This document shows positions 54,865-64,000 of a stretch of DNA of 64,000 bases, in pieces. This DNA is from Deinococcales bacterium (GTDB lineage Bacteria > Deinococcota > Deinococci > Deinococcales > JAAFIG01), in NCBI GenBank assembly GCA_025352125.1, contig JANXTZ010000041.1, positions 7,756 through 71,755 of the forward strand, in the 5' to 3' direction. The notes under the pieces were generated by a model. That model saw only the letters and a program-made list of their open reading frames with translations, did not search any database and was not told where the DNA came from. The stretch's first letter is position 1, and each line of letters begins with the position of its first letter. Position numbers and translations under genes: made by a program.

Positions 54865-54878
54865 GATACGGTTTATCA

Positions 54879-55757
54879 ATGCCTGAAAATCTCTGGGAGG
54901 AACATCGTCTGAAGGTGGCTGACCTCGAGCTTGGTTTTTCGGTGTGTGGTTCGGGCGAGGTGTTGGTGCTGTTGTCGGGTGGTCCTGGCGACCCGTGTGA
55001 TTACTTGCGGGATGCACACCAGAATTTGACGACAGGTTTTACCTGCGTGGCATTTGACCAGCGAGGCACGGGAAAATCCAAACTCGAGCTTCAAAATACT
55101 GTGACCTTAAACGCCATGAAGTTTGTGGATGATCTCGAGGCGTTACGGCAGCATTTAAAACTCGAGAAACTTAATTTGCTCGGGCATTCTTGGGGCGCAA
55201 ACTTGGCAATGTTGTACGCCGCAGTTCATCCAACCCGAACTGGAAAAGTGGCTGCGATTGCGTCTGGTCCAATCAATCCTCTAATGCGGGCGGTGGCGGG
55301 TTCAAACGTGAAGCGGGCGTTCTCGAGCGAGGACATATCGGACTTTGCGGCACTGCGAGAACAGCAGCAAAAAGCGTTTGAATCGGGAAATCTCGAGCAA
55401 TTTCGGGCATTGCACCTTGAAAGCACGACCCGATTTTGGGCGCGAAACGCTATTTTCTCCAACTATGCTCGAGCGAAATTCAACGCGGGTTTTAACGCAG
55501 ACGATTTTAATCCAGTGGTGAACCGCGTGACATGGCAATCGTATTCAAGCTTGGGGCATGACAAAATGCTGTCCAACATCAGCGCAGATTTACTGGTCTT
55601 GTACGGCTTTCAAGACTTTGGATCAATCACTCAAGCGTACCTCATCCGCGAAGAAGTTCCGCACGCCAAACTCGAGTTTATCAACGATTGCGGGCATGTT
55701 CCGTGGCTCGAGCAAGCCGAAACATATTACGATGTGTTAACCAAATTTTTGAATTGA
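54879..55757 (+). CDS. Alpha/beta hydrolase (proline iminopeptidase-like)
   Basis: 292 aa with nucleophile elbow LLGHSWGA and C-terminal ...CGHVPWLEQ. Confidence 0.85.
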   Translation: MPENLWEEHRLKVADLELGFSVCGSGEVLVLLSGGPGDPCDYLRDAHQNLTTGFTCVAFDQRGTGKSKLELQNTVTLNAMKFVDDLEALRQHLKLEKLNLLGHSWGANLAMLYAAVHPTRTGKVAAIASGPINPLMRAVAGSNVKRAFSSEDISDFAALREQQQKAFESGNLEQFRALHLESTTRFWARNAIFSNYARAKFNAGFNADDFNPVVNRVTWQSYSSLGHDKMLSNISADLLVLYGFQDFGSITQAYLIREEVPHAKLEFINDCGHVPWLEQAETYYDVLTKFLN

Positions 55758-55769
55758 ATAGGGGATTTC

Positions 55770-57236
55770 ATGTCTTATATTCTTGCCCTAGACCAAGGCA
55801 CAACCTCGAGCCGCGCCATTGTTTTTGGCTTAACGGGTCGTCCCGTTGCCAGCGCCCAGCGCGAATTCAAACAGTTTTACCCGCAACCTGGTTGGGTCGA
55901 ACACGATCCGCTCGAAATTCTGGAATCCCAAATCACGGTGGCTCGGCAGGCGCTCGAGCAATCACCTGGTGAGGTGCTGGGGATTGGCATCACCAACCAA
56001 CGGGAAACGGTGGTGCTCTGGGAGCGTACCAGTGGCAAACCAGTGCACAACGCCATTGTCTGGCAGGATCGGCGCACGGCTGGGTTTTGTGATGAATTGA
56101 AAGCGCGTGGTTTTGAGAAAACCCTGATTGAAAAAACGGGTTTGCTGGTTGACCCGTACTTTTCTGGAACAAAACTGGCGTGGTTGCTCGAGCATATTCC
56201 TGGACTTCGCAGCCGAGCCGAGGCTGGAGAACTGGCTTTTGGCACGGTGGATTCGTGGTTGATCTGGAATCTGACGGGCGGCAAAGTTCATGCGACCGAT
56301 GTCACGAATGCCGCCAGAACGTTACTGCTGAACATTCACACGCTCGAGTGGGATTCTGAAATCCTCGAGATTCTGAAGATTCCGCGTGTGTTGCTGCCCG
56401 AAGTCCGAGCCTCGAGCGGCAGTTTTGGAAATGCTGAAATGCTGGGCGGCTTACCGATTTTGGGCGTGGCGGGCGATCAACACGCCGCATTGTTTGGGCA
56501 AGCCTGCTTAGAGCCTGGAATGGCAAAAAATACTTACGGCACGGGTTGTTTCATGCTGATGAACACTGGCGAGAAATTGATTCCAAGCCACAATAAACTG
56601 CTCACCACACCCGCCTGGAAACTCGAGAAAACAACTTTTGCGCTCGAAGGAAGCGTGTTTATCGCTGGGGCGATAGTGCAATGGTTACGGGATGAGATGC
56701 AGTTTTTCAGTTCTGCCGCCGAAGTGGAATTGCTCGCCTCGAGCGTGAATGACAACGCTGGGGTCTACATCGTGCCAGCGTTCGCGGGTTTGGGTGCGCC
56801 GCACTGGGATGCGTATGCTCGAGGAACGATTCTGGGGTTGACCAGGGGTTCGGGAAAGGCACACATTGCACGGGCGGCGCTCGAGTCGATTGCCTATCAA
56901 ACCCGGGATTTGCTGAGGGCAATGCAAAAAGATTCTGGCATTCAGTTAAAAGAACTTCGGGTTGACGGCGGCGCGACACAAAACAATTTGTTGATGCAGT
57001 TTCAAGCCGACATTCTGAATGTTCCCGTGGTTCGACCTGCTGTGACCGAAACCACGGCGTTGGGCGCGGCGTACCTGGCTGGTTTGGCGCTTGGCGTGTT
57101 CACCCTCGAGGGAATCCGTCAAAATTGGGCGCTCGAGCGCCGTTTTGAACCCAGCATGAATCCCGATCAGCGCGAAAAGCTAATTCATGGTTGGGATCGG
57201 GCTGTGGGACGTGCCAAAGGTTGGCTCGAGGCATGA
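55770..57236 (+). CDS. glpK: Glycerol kinase
   Basis: [19 protein letters not shown]...[13 protein letters not shown]... Confidence 0.95.
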   Translation: MSYILALDQGTTSSRAIVFGLTGRPVASAQREFKQFYPQPGWVEHDPLEILESQITVARQALEQSPGEVLGIGITNQRETVVLWERTSGKPVHNAIVWQDRRTAGFCDELKARGFEKTLIEKTGLLVDPYFSGTKLAWLLEHIPGLRSRAEAGELAFGTVDSWLIWNLTGGKVHATDVTNAARTLLLNIHTLEWDSEILEILKIPRVLLPEVRASSGSFGNAEMLGGLPILGVAGDQHAALFGQACLEPGMAKNTYGTGCFMLMNTGEKLIPSHNKLLTTPAWKLEKTTFALEGSVFIAGAIVQWLRDEMQFFSSAAEVELLASSVNDNAGVYIVPAFAGLGAPHWDAYARGTILGLTRGSGKAHIARAALESIAYQTRDLLRAMQKDSGIQLKELRVDGGATQNNLLMQFQADILNVPVVRPAVTETTALGAAYLAGLALGVFTLEGIRQNWALERRFEPSMNPDQREKLIHGWDRAVGRAKGWLEA

Positions 57237-57289
57237 ATTGGGTTTGTAAAAGTAAGAACTTTCCACTTCTCGAAGAATCACTTAAACTC

Positions 57290-57313
57290 CCTTCTCCCGC
57301 AAGCGGGAGAAGG
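57290..57313 (+). terminator. Stable GNRA-capped hairpin after glpK (possible terminator or processing site; no T-tract)
   Basis: CCTTCTCCC-GCAA-GGGAGAAGG, read as an 11-bp palindrome closing on a GCAA tetraloop. Confidence 0.35.
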
Positions 57314-57375
57314 CGACCATGCCTGAAGGTGCGTTTTATGGTCAAGAGGGTTGGGGATGAGGGTGGAAAGTACAA

Positions 57376-58635
57376 TTGGTGTATTTCCACACAAAGGAAA
57401 ATATGCTCGAGTGTCAAAGATTCGGAGTCTCTCGAGTGACCTATTCCTCCGACATCAAAATCTTGTTCGTCACCCGTGGCGTGCGAACCTTTGCGTATGG
57501 CTCACTGGCGGTCATCATTGCGCTGTTTTTGGCGGCTCGAGGTTTTGGCGATAAAGGCATTGGGTTGTTGTTCACCTTGACCTTGGTTGGCGATGCGCTT
57601 CTCAGTTTGGGTGTCTCGAGTGTCGCTGATCGGGTTGGGCGCAAGCGCTTGTTGGTGCTGAGTTGCGCCTTGGTGGTCATGGCGGGGCTTGTATTCGCGT
57701 TAACGACTTCCAGTGTCCTGCTGGTCTTGGCGGCGATTGTGGGCACAATCAGTCCAAGCGGGGCGGAGGTCGGTCCGTTCTTGTCGCTCGAGCAAGCCGC
57801 CATCGCCCAGGAAGTCTCGAGTGAAGACCGAACCAAGGTTTTTGCCTGGTATCAGGTGACTGGAAGTTTGTGCAATGCGTTCGGCGCTCTGGCGGCGGGT
57901 TGGTTTGCAAGAAGTTTGCAAGTTTCTGGCAGCACCAACCTCGAGTCGTACCGTGCGATTATTTTGGTGTATGCCGCGTTGGGCGTCGTGTTGGCAATTT
58001 TATTCTCAAAGTTGACGCCAAAAATTGAGGCTCCAAAACGAACTGGTCAGCAAAAAACTGTCGGTTTGCACCGTTCTCGAGCGGCAGTGCTCAGACTCTC
58101 GAGTTTGTTTGCGCTGGATTCGTTCGGATCGGGTTTGGTGGTGCAAAGTTTGATCGCGTACTGGTTGCACCGACGGTTTAACGCCGATGTGGGAGCGTTG
58201 GGCGGGATTTTCTTTTTTGTCAATATTTTTTCTGGAGTTTCGGCGCTGGCGAGTGTTCGGGTGGCGAAACGTTTTGGACTGGTTAACACGATGGTCTGGT
58301 CGCACATTCCAGCCAATATTTTGCTGATTTTGTTCCCACTCATGCCGACCCTCGAAACGAGCGTGGCAATTTTGCTGGCGCGTTTTTTGACCTCGCAGAT
58401 GGATGTTCCCGCCCGCATGAGTTACACGATGGCAATTGTGGACGCCGACGAACGCAGCGCCGCCAGTGGTTTTAGCAACAATGCCAAACTCATTGGCTCG
58501 AGTTTGGGACCTCTGATTTCTGGTTTGATTGGCTTGAACGCAATTCCGTTCATTCTGGGTGGAACGCTTAAAATTATCTATGATTTGTCACTCTACAGGC
58601 TGTTTATTGCCGTCAAGCCTCCTGAAGAAAAGTAA
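57376..58635 (+). CDS. MFS transporter
   Basis: 419 aa, about 12 TM, with DRVGRKRLL in loop 2-3. Start is uncertain (57376 to GTG 57436). Confidence 0.85.
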   Translation: MVYFHTKENMLECQRFGVSRVTYSSDIKILFVTRGVRTFAYGSLAVIIALFLAARGFGDKGIGLLFTLTLVGDALLSLGVSSVADRVGRKRLLVLSCALVVMAGLVFALTTSSVLLVLAAIVGTISPSGAEVGPFLSLEQAAIAQEVSSEDRTKVFAWYQVTGSLCNAFGALAAGWFARSLQVSGSTNLESYRAIILVYAALGVVLAILFSKLTPKIEAPKRTGQQKTVGLHRSRAAVLRLSSLFALDSFGSGLVVQSLIAYWLHRRFNADVGALGGIFFFVNIFSGVSALASVRVAKRFGLVNTMVWSHIPANILLILFPLMPTLETSVAILLARFLTSQMDVPARMSYTMAIVDADERSAASGFSNNAKLIGSSLGPLISGLIGLNAIPFILGGTLKIIYDLSLYRLFIAVKPPEEK

Positions 58636-58638
58636 GTC

Positions 58639-59523
58639 GTGATGGACCTCGAGCAAATTCTTTTCAACCAGTGGAAGCTCAAAGCGCAAGACTTCGAGTT
58701 GATGTCTGATCGGGCGCACAGCGTTTGGCATTTTGCAGCGGCTGGTCAGATTTTTTATGCGCGGTTGTCCAAACCCCATATTTTTGGTGAACGCATTTGG
58801 GGCAGTGCGGCACGGTTTTTGCGTCATGCGTTTGATTCTGGCGTGCCAGTCTGCGAAATTTTGCCCTCAAACCAAGAAAACCTGATTGAATCGCTAACGG
58901 TAAATGATGAACTTCGGTTGGTGCAAGTCTTGCGCGGCGTCCCAGGACGAGAGTTAAATCTTGAATTGCTCGAGAATCCAAGGATTCTGGAAGCTTACGG
59001 CGAATCTTTGGGACAACTTCACGCGGCGGCGACAACGCTGGACACAACCAACCTCGAGTTTTACAAGTATTCAACGTTCTGGCAGAACGTCAAAAAGAAC
59101 ATTCTAGCCACTGAACCTGGGATTCAACTCGAGTACGACATGATATCGGCTTGGCTAACAACCCAAATTGAAACTCGAGATTTTGGACTCAATCACGGCG
59201 ATTTCCGTCCTGGAAATGCATTTTGGGACGGGCATCAAGTCTGGTTGATCGACTTTGACGAACCCGTTTGGCATTGGTTCGCCAACGATGTCGCACGGGC
59301 AATGCTCGAGTTCAGAGGTTCGATTGAGGACCGCCACCAGAAGCTCGAGACTTTTATGAATGGTTACAGAAAACACCGTGATCTTGAATTTTCATATCAG
59401 GATTTTGCCATGTTCGCACGCTTTCGGGTCATGCTGATGTACTTGTGGTCGCTTGAAGCCAGTGAAGTTTTTGACGACCAGTACGATTTGTACGGTCGAA
59501 TTTTGAAGCCGTACCTGTGGTGA
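58639..59523 (+). CDS. Phosphotransferase (APH/ChoK-like kinase) family protein
   Basis: LNHGDFRPGNAFW...WLIDFDE (HxDxxxxN ... D). Confidence 0.75.
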   Translation: MMDLEQILFNQWKLKAQDFELMSDRAHSVWHFAAAGQIFYARLSKPHIFGERIWGSAARFLRHAFDSGVPVCEILPSNQENLIESLTVNDELRLVQVLRGVPGRELNLELLENPRILEAYGESLGQLHAAATTLDTTNLEFYKYSTFWQNVKKNILATEPGIQLEYDMISAWLTTQIETRDFGLNHGDFRPGNAFWDGHQVWLIDFDEPVWHWFANDVARAMLEFRGSIEDRHQKLETFMNGYRKHRDLEFSYQDFAMFARFRVMLMYLWSLEASEVFDDQYDLYGRILKPYLW

Positions 59524-59591
59524 AACTTTTGTTTTGAACTCGGGTTTGAACAGAACCATGTGCCCAAGTGGTTTGGTGTATTATTCTAAAA

Positions 59592-61178
59592 ATGAACAGG
59601 GAGAACAGCATTGCGAGGCTGGAGCAGAGCAAATCCGAGCCTTTTGATTTCGTGATTATTGGCGGCGGCGCAACCGGTTTGGGCGCAGCCGTCGAAGCTG
59701 CGGCGCGAGGCTTCAAGGTCGCGCTGCTCGAGGGACACGATTTTGCCAAAGGCACAAGCTCGCGCAGTACCAAATTGGTACACGGTGGCGTGCGTTACCT
59801 GGCGCAGGGCAACATCGGTCTGGTGCGCGACGCGCTGCGCGAACGTGGTCGAATGCGGCGCAACGCCCCGCATTTGGTGCGTGACCTCGAGTTTGTTGTT
59901 CCCGCTTACGACTGGTGGGCTGGACCATATTACGGCATCGGTTTAAAGCTTTACGATGTCTTGGCTGGCAAACTCAATTTGGGCAGCTCCAAACTGATCT
60001 CTCGAGCCTCCGCGATTGAACGCATCCCGACCATTCATACTGACGGTTTGCAGGGTGGTGTGGTCTATTTTGACGGACAATTTGATGATACGCGCCTTGC
60101 CGTGACGTTGGCGCAAACTGCCGCCGACAAGGGCGCAACAATTGCCAATTATGTCAACGTCGAACGACTGCTGCACACTTCAGACCGTGTGACGGGCGTG
60201 GTCGTGCGTGACCTCGAATCTGACACGGAGATTGAAGTTCACGGCAAAGCGGTGATTAATGCCACAGGCATCTGGGCAGACAATGTACGCAAAATGGATG
60301 ATCCAGACGCCAAGAATGCGGTTTCGCCGTCGCAAGGTGTTCATTTGGTGCTTCCTAGGGAATTCTTACCAGGCACGACCGCACTCATGGTTCCGCGCAC
60401 CGATGACGGACGCGTCTTGTTTGTCGTGCCGTGGCACGGAAAAGCCATTGTTGGCACAACCGATACGGCTGTGCCAACCGCCGAGTACGAACCCAAGCCG
60501 CTCGAGGAAGAAATCGCGTTTTTGCTCGAGCACGCGGGGCGTTATTTGAATCGAACGCCGAAACGCGAGGAGGTGCTGGCTGTTTACGCCGGTTTGCGTC
60601 CGCTGGTCAAAGCCGAAGGTGCAGATTCTACAGCACAGCTTTCACGGGATCACACGATTTTGGTTTCACGCACGGGCTTGTTGACGATTGTGGGCGGCAA
60701 GTGGACGACCTACCGCAAAATGGGCGAGGATGTCATCAACCGTGCCAGTGTGGTGGCGAATCTCGAGGTCAAAGAATCGCCAACGCCTGACATGCGCCTT
60801 CATGCCGCACCAGAATTTAAAGATGCCCCGAGTTTTGAACCAGGATCATCCGCCGAGGCGCTCAGCATGTACGGTCTGGAAGCCGATCAAGTGCGTGCCC
60901 TGGCAAGCGAGAACCCCGCGCTGGCAGCCCCAATTCATGCCAATTTGCCATACATCAAAGCCGAAGTCGTCTGGGCGGTGCGCCGTGAAATGGCTCGCAC
61001 CCTCGAGGATGTTTTGTCAAGACGCACCCGCAGCCTGACCTTAAACGCCCGAGCCGCACTCGAAGCCGCGCCCGAGGTGGCGAGACTGATGGCGGTCGAA
61101 TTGACGCGTGGCGCGGCTTGGGAAGAGGGTCAACTCGAACAGTTCAGGGTTCGGGTGGCTGAAAGCGTACTGACTTAA
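59592..61178 (+). CDS. glpD: FAD-dependent glycerol-3-phosphate dehydrogenase
   Basis: FDFVIIGGGATGLGAAVEAAARG...SSRSTKLVHGGVRYL.... Confidence 0.9.
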   Translation: MNRENSIARLEQSKSEPFDFVIIGGGATGLGAAVEAAARGFKVALLEGHDFAKGTSSRSTKLVHGGVRYLAQGNIGLVRDALRERGRMRRNAPHLVRDLEFVVPAYDWWAGPYYGIGLKLYDVLAGKLNLGSSKLISRASAIERIPTIHTDGLQGGVVYFDGQFDDTRLAVTLAQTAADKGATIANYVNVERLLHTSDRVTGVVVRDLESDTEIEVHGKAVINATGIWADNVRKMDDPDAKNAVSPSQGVHLVLPREFLPGTTALMVPRTDDGRVLFVVPWHGKAIVGTTDTAVPTAEYEPKPLEEEIAFLLEHAGRYLNRTPKREEVLAVYAGLRPLVKAEGADSTAQLSRDHTILVSRTGLLTIVGGKWTTYRKMGEDVINRASVVANLEVKESPTPDMRLHAAPEFKDAPSFEPGSSAEALSMYGLEADQVRALASENPALAAPIHANLPYIKAEVVWAVRREMARTLEDVLSRRTRSLTLNARAALEAAPEVARLMAVELTRGAAWEEGQLEQFRVRVAESVLT

Positions 61179-61367
61179 AAGTTTTTACCAATGGTTTTGT
61201 TACCATGCGGCGATTGAACCCCAAGAAATGAAAAATCCTTTTAGAATTGAGCCAACGCCAATGCTGGTGATTTGCGTGTGAAGTACGATAACGGTTAAAC
61301 TCGAGCGTAAGAGTCTGTTTACTGCACAGTTTTACAAATTGATTTCAAAGAGGTTTTATAACCAAAC

Positions 61368-61901
61368 ATGCAAATCCGTAAGGCAACAAAACAAGACATT
61401 CCTGGTATCGCCCGCGTCTATCAATTGTGTTGGCGCGAACAGTACGGCGCGTTCGTCCCCAGCGATATCTTTGAATCTTTAGCCATTGGTCAAGACAAGC
61501 GTTGGGATAACATTCTCGATGCCTCGACTTACGGCGATGAGGTCGCGTTTATTGCCGAAGAGAACGGTGAGATCATTGGTTATGCCAGCGGCGGTCCCGA
61601 ATGGGGCGGGCATCCATCCATCGAAGCCGAATTGTACTCCTTGTATGTCATGAACGGACATCAGGGCAAAGGTTTGGGCAAAAGATTGTTGCAATCGGTT
61701 GCCGCCGCCCTGCAAAGCATGAGCATGAATTCAATGCTGGTGCACCTGCGATCTGGCAACCCGACACCTCGAGTTTACAACGCGCTGGGCGCGGAATACT
61801 TGGGAACCCAAGCCATCAGCGTCGATGGTGTGACAATTCAAGAAATGACTTACGGCTGGAAAGACCTTAAAAAATTGGTCGAATCCAACGAGAAGAATTA
61901 A
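61368..61901 (+). CDS. GNAT family N-acetyltransferase
   Basis: 177 aa: ...LYVMNGHQGKGLGKRLLQSV.... Confidence 0.85.
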   Translation: MQIRKATKQDIPGIARVYQLCWREQYGAFVPSDIFESLAIGQDKRWDNILDASTYGDEVAFIAEENGEIIGYASGGPEWGGHPSIEAELYSLYVMNGHQGKGLGKRLLQSVAAALQSMSMNSMLVHLRSGNPTPRVYNALGAEYLGTQAISVDGVTIQEMTYGWKDLKKLVESNEKN

Positions 61902-61955
61902 ATTCTCACACGCTTGTCTCGAGCCAAACTCATCTTATGGCTTAAACTAGGCTAG

Positions 61956-62795
61956 ATGCGAACAAGCTTGTCTTTACTGATGTTTTCGGGTGTTGCCCTC
62001 GTGGCTTGCAACAACAACAATGCCGCCACCGGCGAAACCGTGCGGTTTTTAACCACGAATTTGAACCCAATGTTTGTCGGTGAGCCGTTCTCTCAAGACA
62101 TTCAAGTCACGTCTGGCACCCGCCCGTTCAGCCTGCGGGTGGTTCGCGGCGCACTGCCGACGGGCTTGAGTATCCCCAAAGGTTCACGCCAAATTACTGG
62201 AACGCCCACCGAAGAAAAAACGTTTGAATTTACCCTTGAGGTCAACGACGCGAACCTTTCCAATAAAGTCCAGGATTTTAAGGTCAGCGTTGCCAAAATT
62301 CCTCCAGCTTTACTGGTTTGGAAAGCGCCACCCACCGCAGTGAGTGGTGAAATCAAGATTCCGTTTGTCTTGCAGTACGCCAAGAAAGTCAAGAGTTTTC
62401 AAGCTCGAGTTGCAATGGCAAACAATGTGAAATTTGTCAAACTCGAGGGTGCAACCGGCAGACCGATTTTTATCTCGAGCATCAAAGACAATGTGCTGCG
62501 GATTGACGGGGCATTGTTGGATGCCATTACCACCAACCGTGAAGTGACCGTTTTTTACCTGACGCTTGAGGCTCCAAAAGATTATAAATTTGCTGGAAAC
62601 ATCGGTTACGATTTGCGGGCTGGCGGCAAAAGGCTATCAACTGGTGTGCTCGAGATTGCAAAACCCATCACCACTCCAACCGCACCGGTCACTCCGACAA
62701 CGCCAACCGCACCTGTCGCTCCAACGACCCCAACCACTCCGACACCACCGCCTTCAACGCCACCAATCACACCACCGGCAGGGGGCACAAAATGA
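61956..62795 (+). CDS. Lipoprotein with a putative Ig-like domain and C-terminal Pro/Thr linker
   Basis: Lipobox GVALVAC, LRVVRGALPTGLSIPKGSRQITGTPTEEKTFEFTLEV (He_PIG-like) and the tail TTPTAPVTPTTPTAPVAPTTPTTPTPPPSTPPITPP. Confidence 0.65.
   Translation: MRTSLSLLMFSGVALVACNNNNAATGETVRFLTTNLNPMFVGEPFSQDIQVTSGTRPFSLRVVRGALPTGLSIPKGSRQITGTPTEEKTFEFTLEVNDANLSNKVQDFKVSVAKIPPALLVWKAPPTAVSGEIKIPFVLQYAKKVKSFQARVAMANNVKFVKLEGATGRPIFISSIKDNVLRIDGALLDAITTNREVTVFYLTLEAPKDYKFAGNIGYDLRAGGKRLSTGVLEIAKPITTPTAPVTPTTPTAPVAPTTPTTPTPPPSTPPITPPAGGTK
62672..62760. repeat. Imperfect ~27-bp tandem repeats encoding the TPTAPV(T/A)PT linker
   Basis: ccaaccgcaccGgtcActccGacaacG / ccaaccgcaccTgtcGctccAacgacC, read directly. 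Confidence 0.6.
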
Positions 62796-63289
62796 AATCT
62801 CGAGTTGCCACAATTGCACTCATCTTGATTTTCGGCACGGCGTTCGCCACGACATACGCCAAATTAAGCCTGGAGCAACAGGTCGAAAAAGCCGATGTGA
62901 TTGTCCGAGCCAGCATCAAACAAAAATCCCTGGAAACCCGATCTGGAAAAATCTGGACGGTGTATTCGCTCAATATTGCCAAATTTTACAAGGGCAGCTT
63001 GGACACGTTCAAAGACTCGAGCTTTGCCGTGTTTGACTCTGAAAAAGTCAAACTTGAGGGCGCACCACGATTTGCCCAGAATGATGACCTGTTCTTGCTC
63101 TTGTACACCAAAAGTTACGACAGCCCAATTGTTGGCTTCAGACAGGGCGCGTACAAAGTGCTTGAGGGTGCAAAAATTGTTGGCTTAGACAACAAACCCG
63201 TCATGATCGACACGGATGGCAAACCCACCGAAGCCACCACAGAAACGTTCACAAAACAACTCGAGACGTTGACAGCAGGTGCAAAATGA
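62792..63289 (+). CDS. Secreted hypothetical protein
   Basis: 165 aa with a signal peptide (MKSRVATIALILIFGTAFATTYA). ATGA overlaps occur at both its start (62792-62795) and its stop (63286-63289). Confidence 0.55.
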   Translation: MKSRVATIALILIFGTAFATTYAKLSLEQQVEKADVIVRASIKQKSLETRSGKIWTVYSLNIAKFYKGSLDTFKDSSFAVFDSEKVKLEGAPRFAQNDDLFLLLYTKSYDSPIVGFRQGAYKVLEGAKIVGLDNKPVMIDTDGKPTEATTETFTKQLETLTAGAK

Positions 63290-64000
63290 AAATCTCGAGA
63301 CTCGCTGGCATCATTATTCTGAGTTCCCTTGCCATTGGTGCACCCGTCACGTACTGGGTGATGACCAGCGACGGTACACCTGCCGATTTTGCCAAACAGG
63401 TGGACAATGCCTTTAACGCCTGGAGAGCCGTTCCAGCCACAACCTTAAAACTCGAGAAGAACAAAGACTCGAGCCTGCAATTTGCCTGGAATGTCGCCGC
63501 CGAAGACGTGCCAATCAACCCCGATGCCATCACGCGCACGATCCAAACCACCAGCGAAGACGCCAAAACCACGCGCACCACCGTCACCGTCAACCCAGAC
63601 CAATCTGAGAACCTCGAGGCTGGCTTGCTGGTCGAGGCTGGCTTGCGCTTGGGCGTGACCCTCGAACCGAGCATTGAGGGAAAGCGCGGCGTGGGCGAAG
63701 CTGAGGCAAACGCACTTCGCACCCAATTTGGGCAAACGGGCGACCTGAACGGCGACCAGAAAGTCAACTTGGACGACCTCGAAATTCTTGCCAGCAATTA
63801 CGGCAAGAAGGGTTTACCCAGCGTCAACTTGAACGGCGATTTCAACGGCGATGGAGTCGTGAACGATTCTGACCTTGAGATCATGAAAACAACCTACAGT
63901 TTCGAGATTGCGCCAGAAAAGAGTTTGACGCCAGAAAATCCTACGGCTCCGACCGCTCCAACAAAACCTGAAACTCCGTCCGCGCCGACAGCACCGACCG
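63286..64000 (+). CDS. Secreted protein with dockerin/EF-hand-like Asp-rich repeats and a PT linker; runs off the right edge
   Basis: Absent from the ORF track (no stop in the window). My translation reads MKISRLAGIIILSSLAIGAPVTYWVMTSDG...GDLNGDQKVNLDDLEILASNYG...GDFNGDGVVNDSDLEIMK...PENPTAPTAPTKPETPSAPTAPT. Confidence 0.65.
   Translation, partial: MKISRLAGIIILSSLAIGAPVTYWVMTSDGTPADFAKQVDNAFNAWRAVPATTLKLEKNKDSSLQFAWNVAAEDVPINPDAITRTIQTTSEDAKTTRTTVTVNPDQSENLEAGLLVEAGLRLGVTLEPSIEGKRGVGEAEANALRTQFGQTGDLNGDQKVNLDDLEILASNYGKKGLPSVNLNGDFNGDGVVNDSDLEIMKTTYSFEIAPEKSLTPENPTAPTAPTKPETPSAPTAPT

Noticed and set aside
57290-57313. The glpK-distal hairpin as a riboswitch or ncRNA.
   Set aside because: It is a single short GNRA-capped stem with no flanking conserved structure that I can see. 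It is listed only as a low-confidence terminator or processing hairpin.

Overview
A 64 kb chromosomal segment with about 55 genes at roughly 90% coding density. It most likely comes from a Deinococcus-like member of the Deinococcus-Thermus phylum. The support is GroEL/GroES that look very Deinococcus-like, a TilS-TadA fusion of the kind I recall from Deinococcus radiodurans annotation, and at least one apparently leaderless promoter. Most genes are housekeeping: purU, folE, queA, upp, glpK, glpD, pepF, groES-groEL, phoH, nfeD-floA, wecB/wecA-type envelope genes, and ABC transporter parts. I saw no rRNA, tRNA, CRISPR array, transposase or integrase. The strongest signal is not a gene. The palindrome CTCGAG occurs about 7-8 times per kb in genes, spacers, terminator stems and a tandem array, against about 0.25 per kb expected. 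This resembles the cyanobacterial HIP1 highly iterated palindrome. Other items worth a second look:
- a five-gene vWA / FHA / pseudokinase-PP2C / Ser-Thr kinase / PPK2 operon (30.2-36.7 kb), next to a lone 796-aa HerA/FtsK-type ATPase and a VapBC pair
- an AT-richer stretch (about 20.8-24.7 kb) holding a MazEF-type cassette bracketed by 40-bp direct repeats and two immunity-protein-like orphans
- a small strongly initiated ORF with a RiPP-leader-like motif, translationally coupled to a PKD lipoprotein (46.3-47.7 kb)
- a Nudix-SDR-FolE putative pterin operon
- several domain fusions
All calls rest on reading the ORF translations and the DNA by eye. No database search was run.
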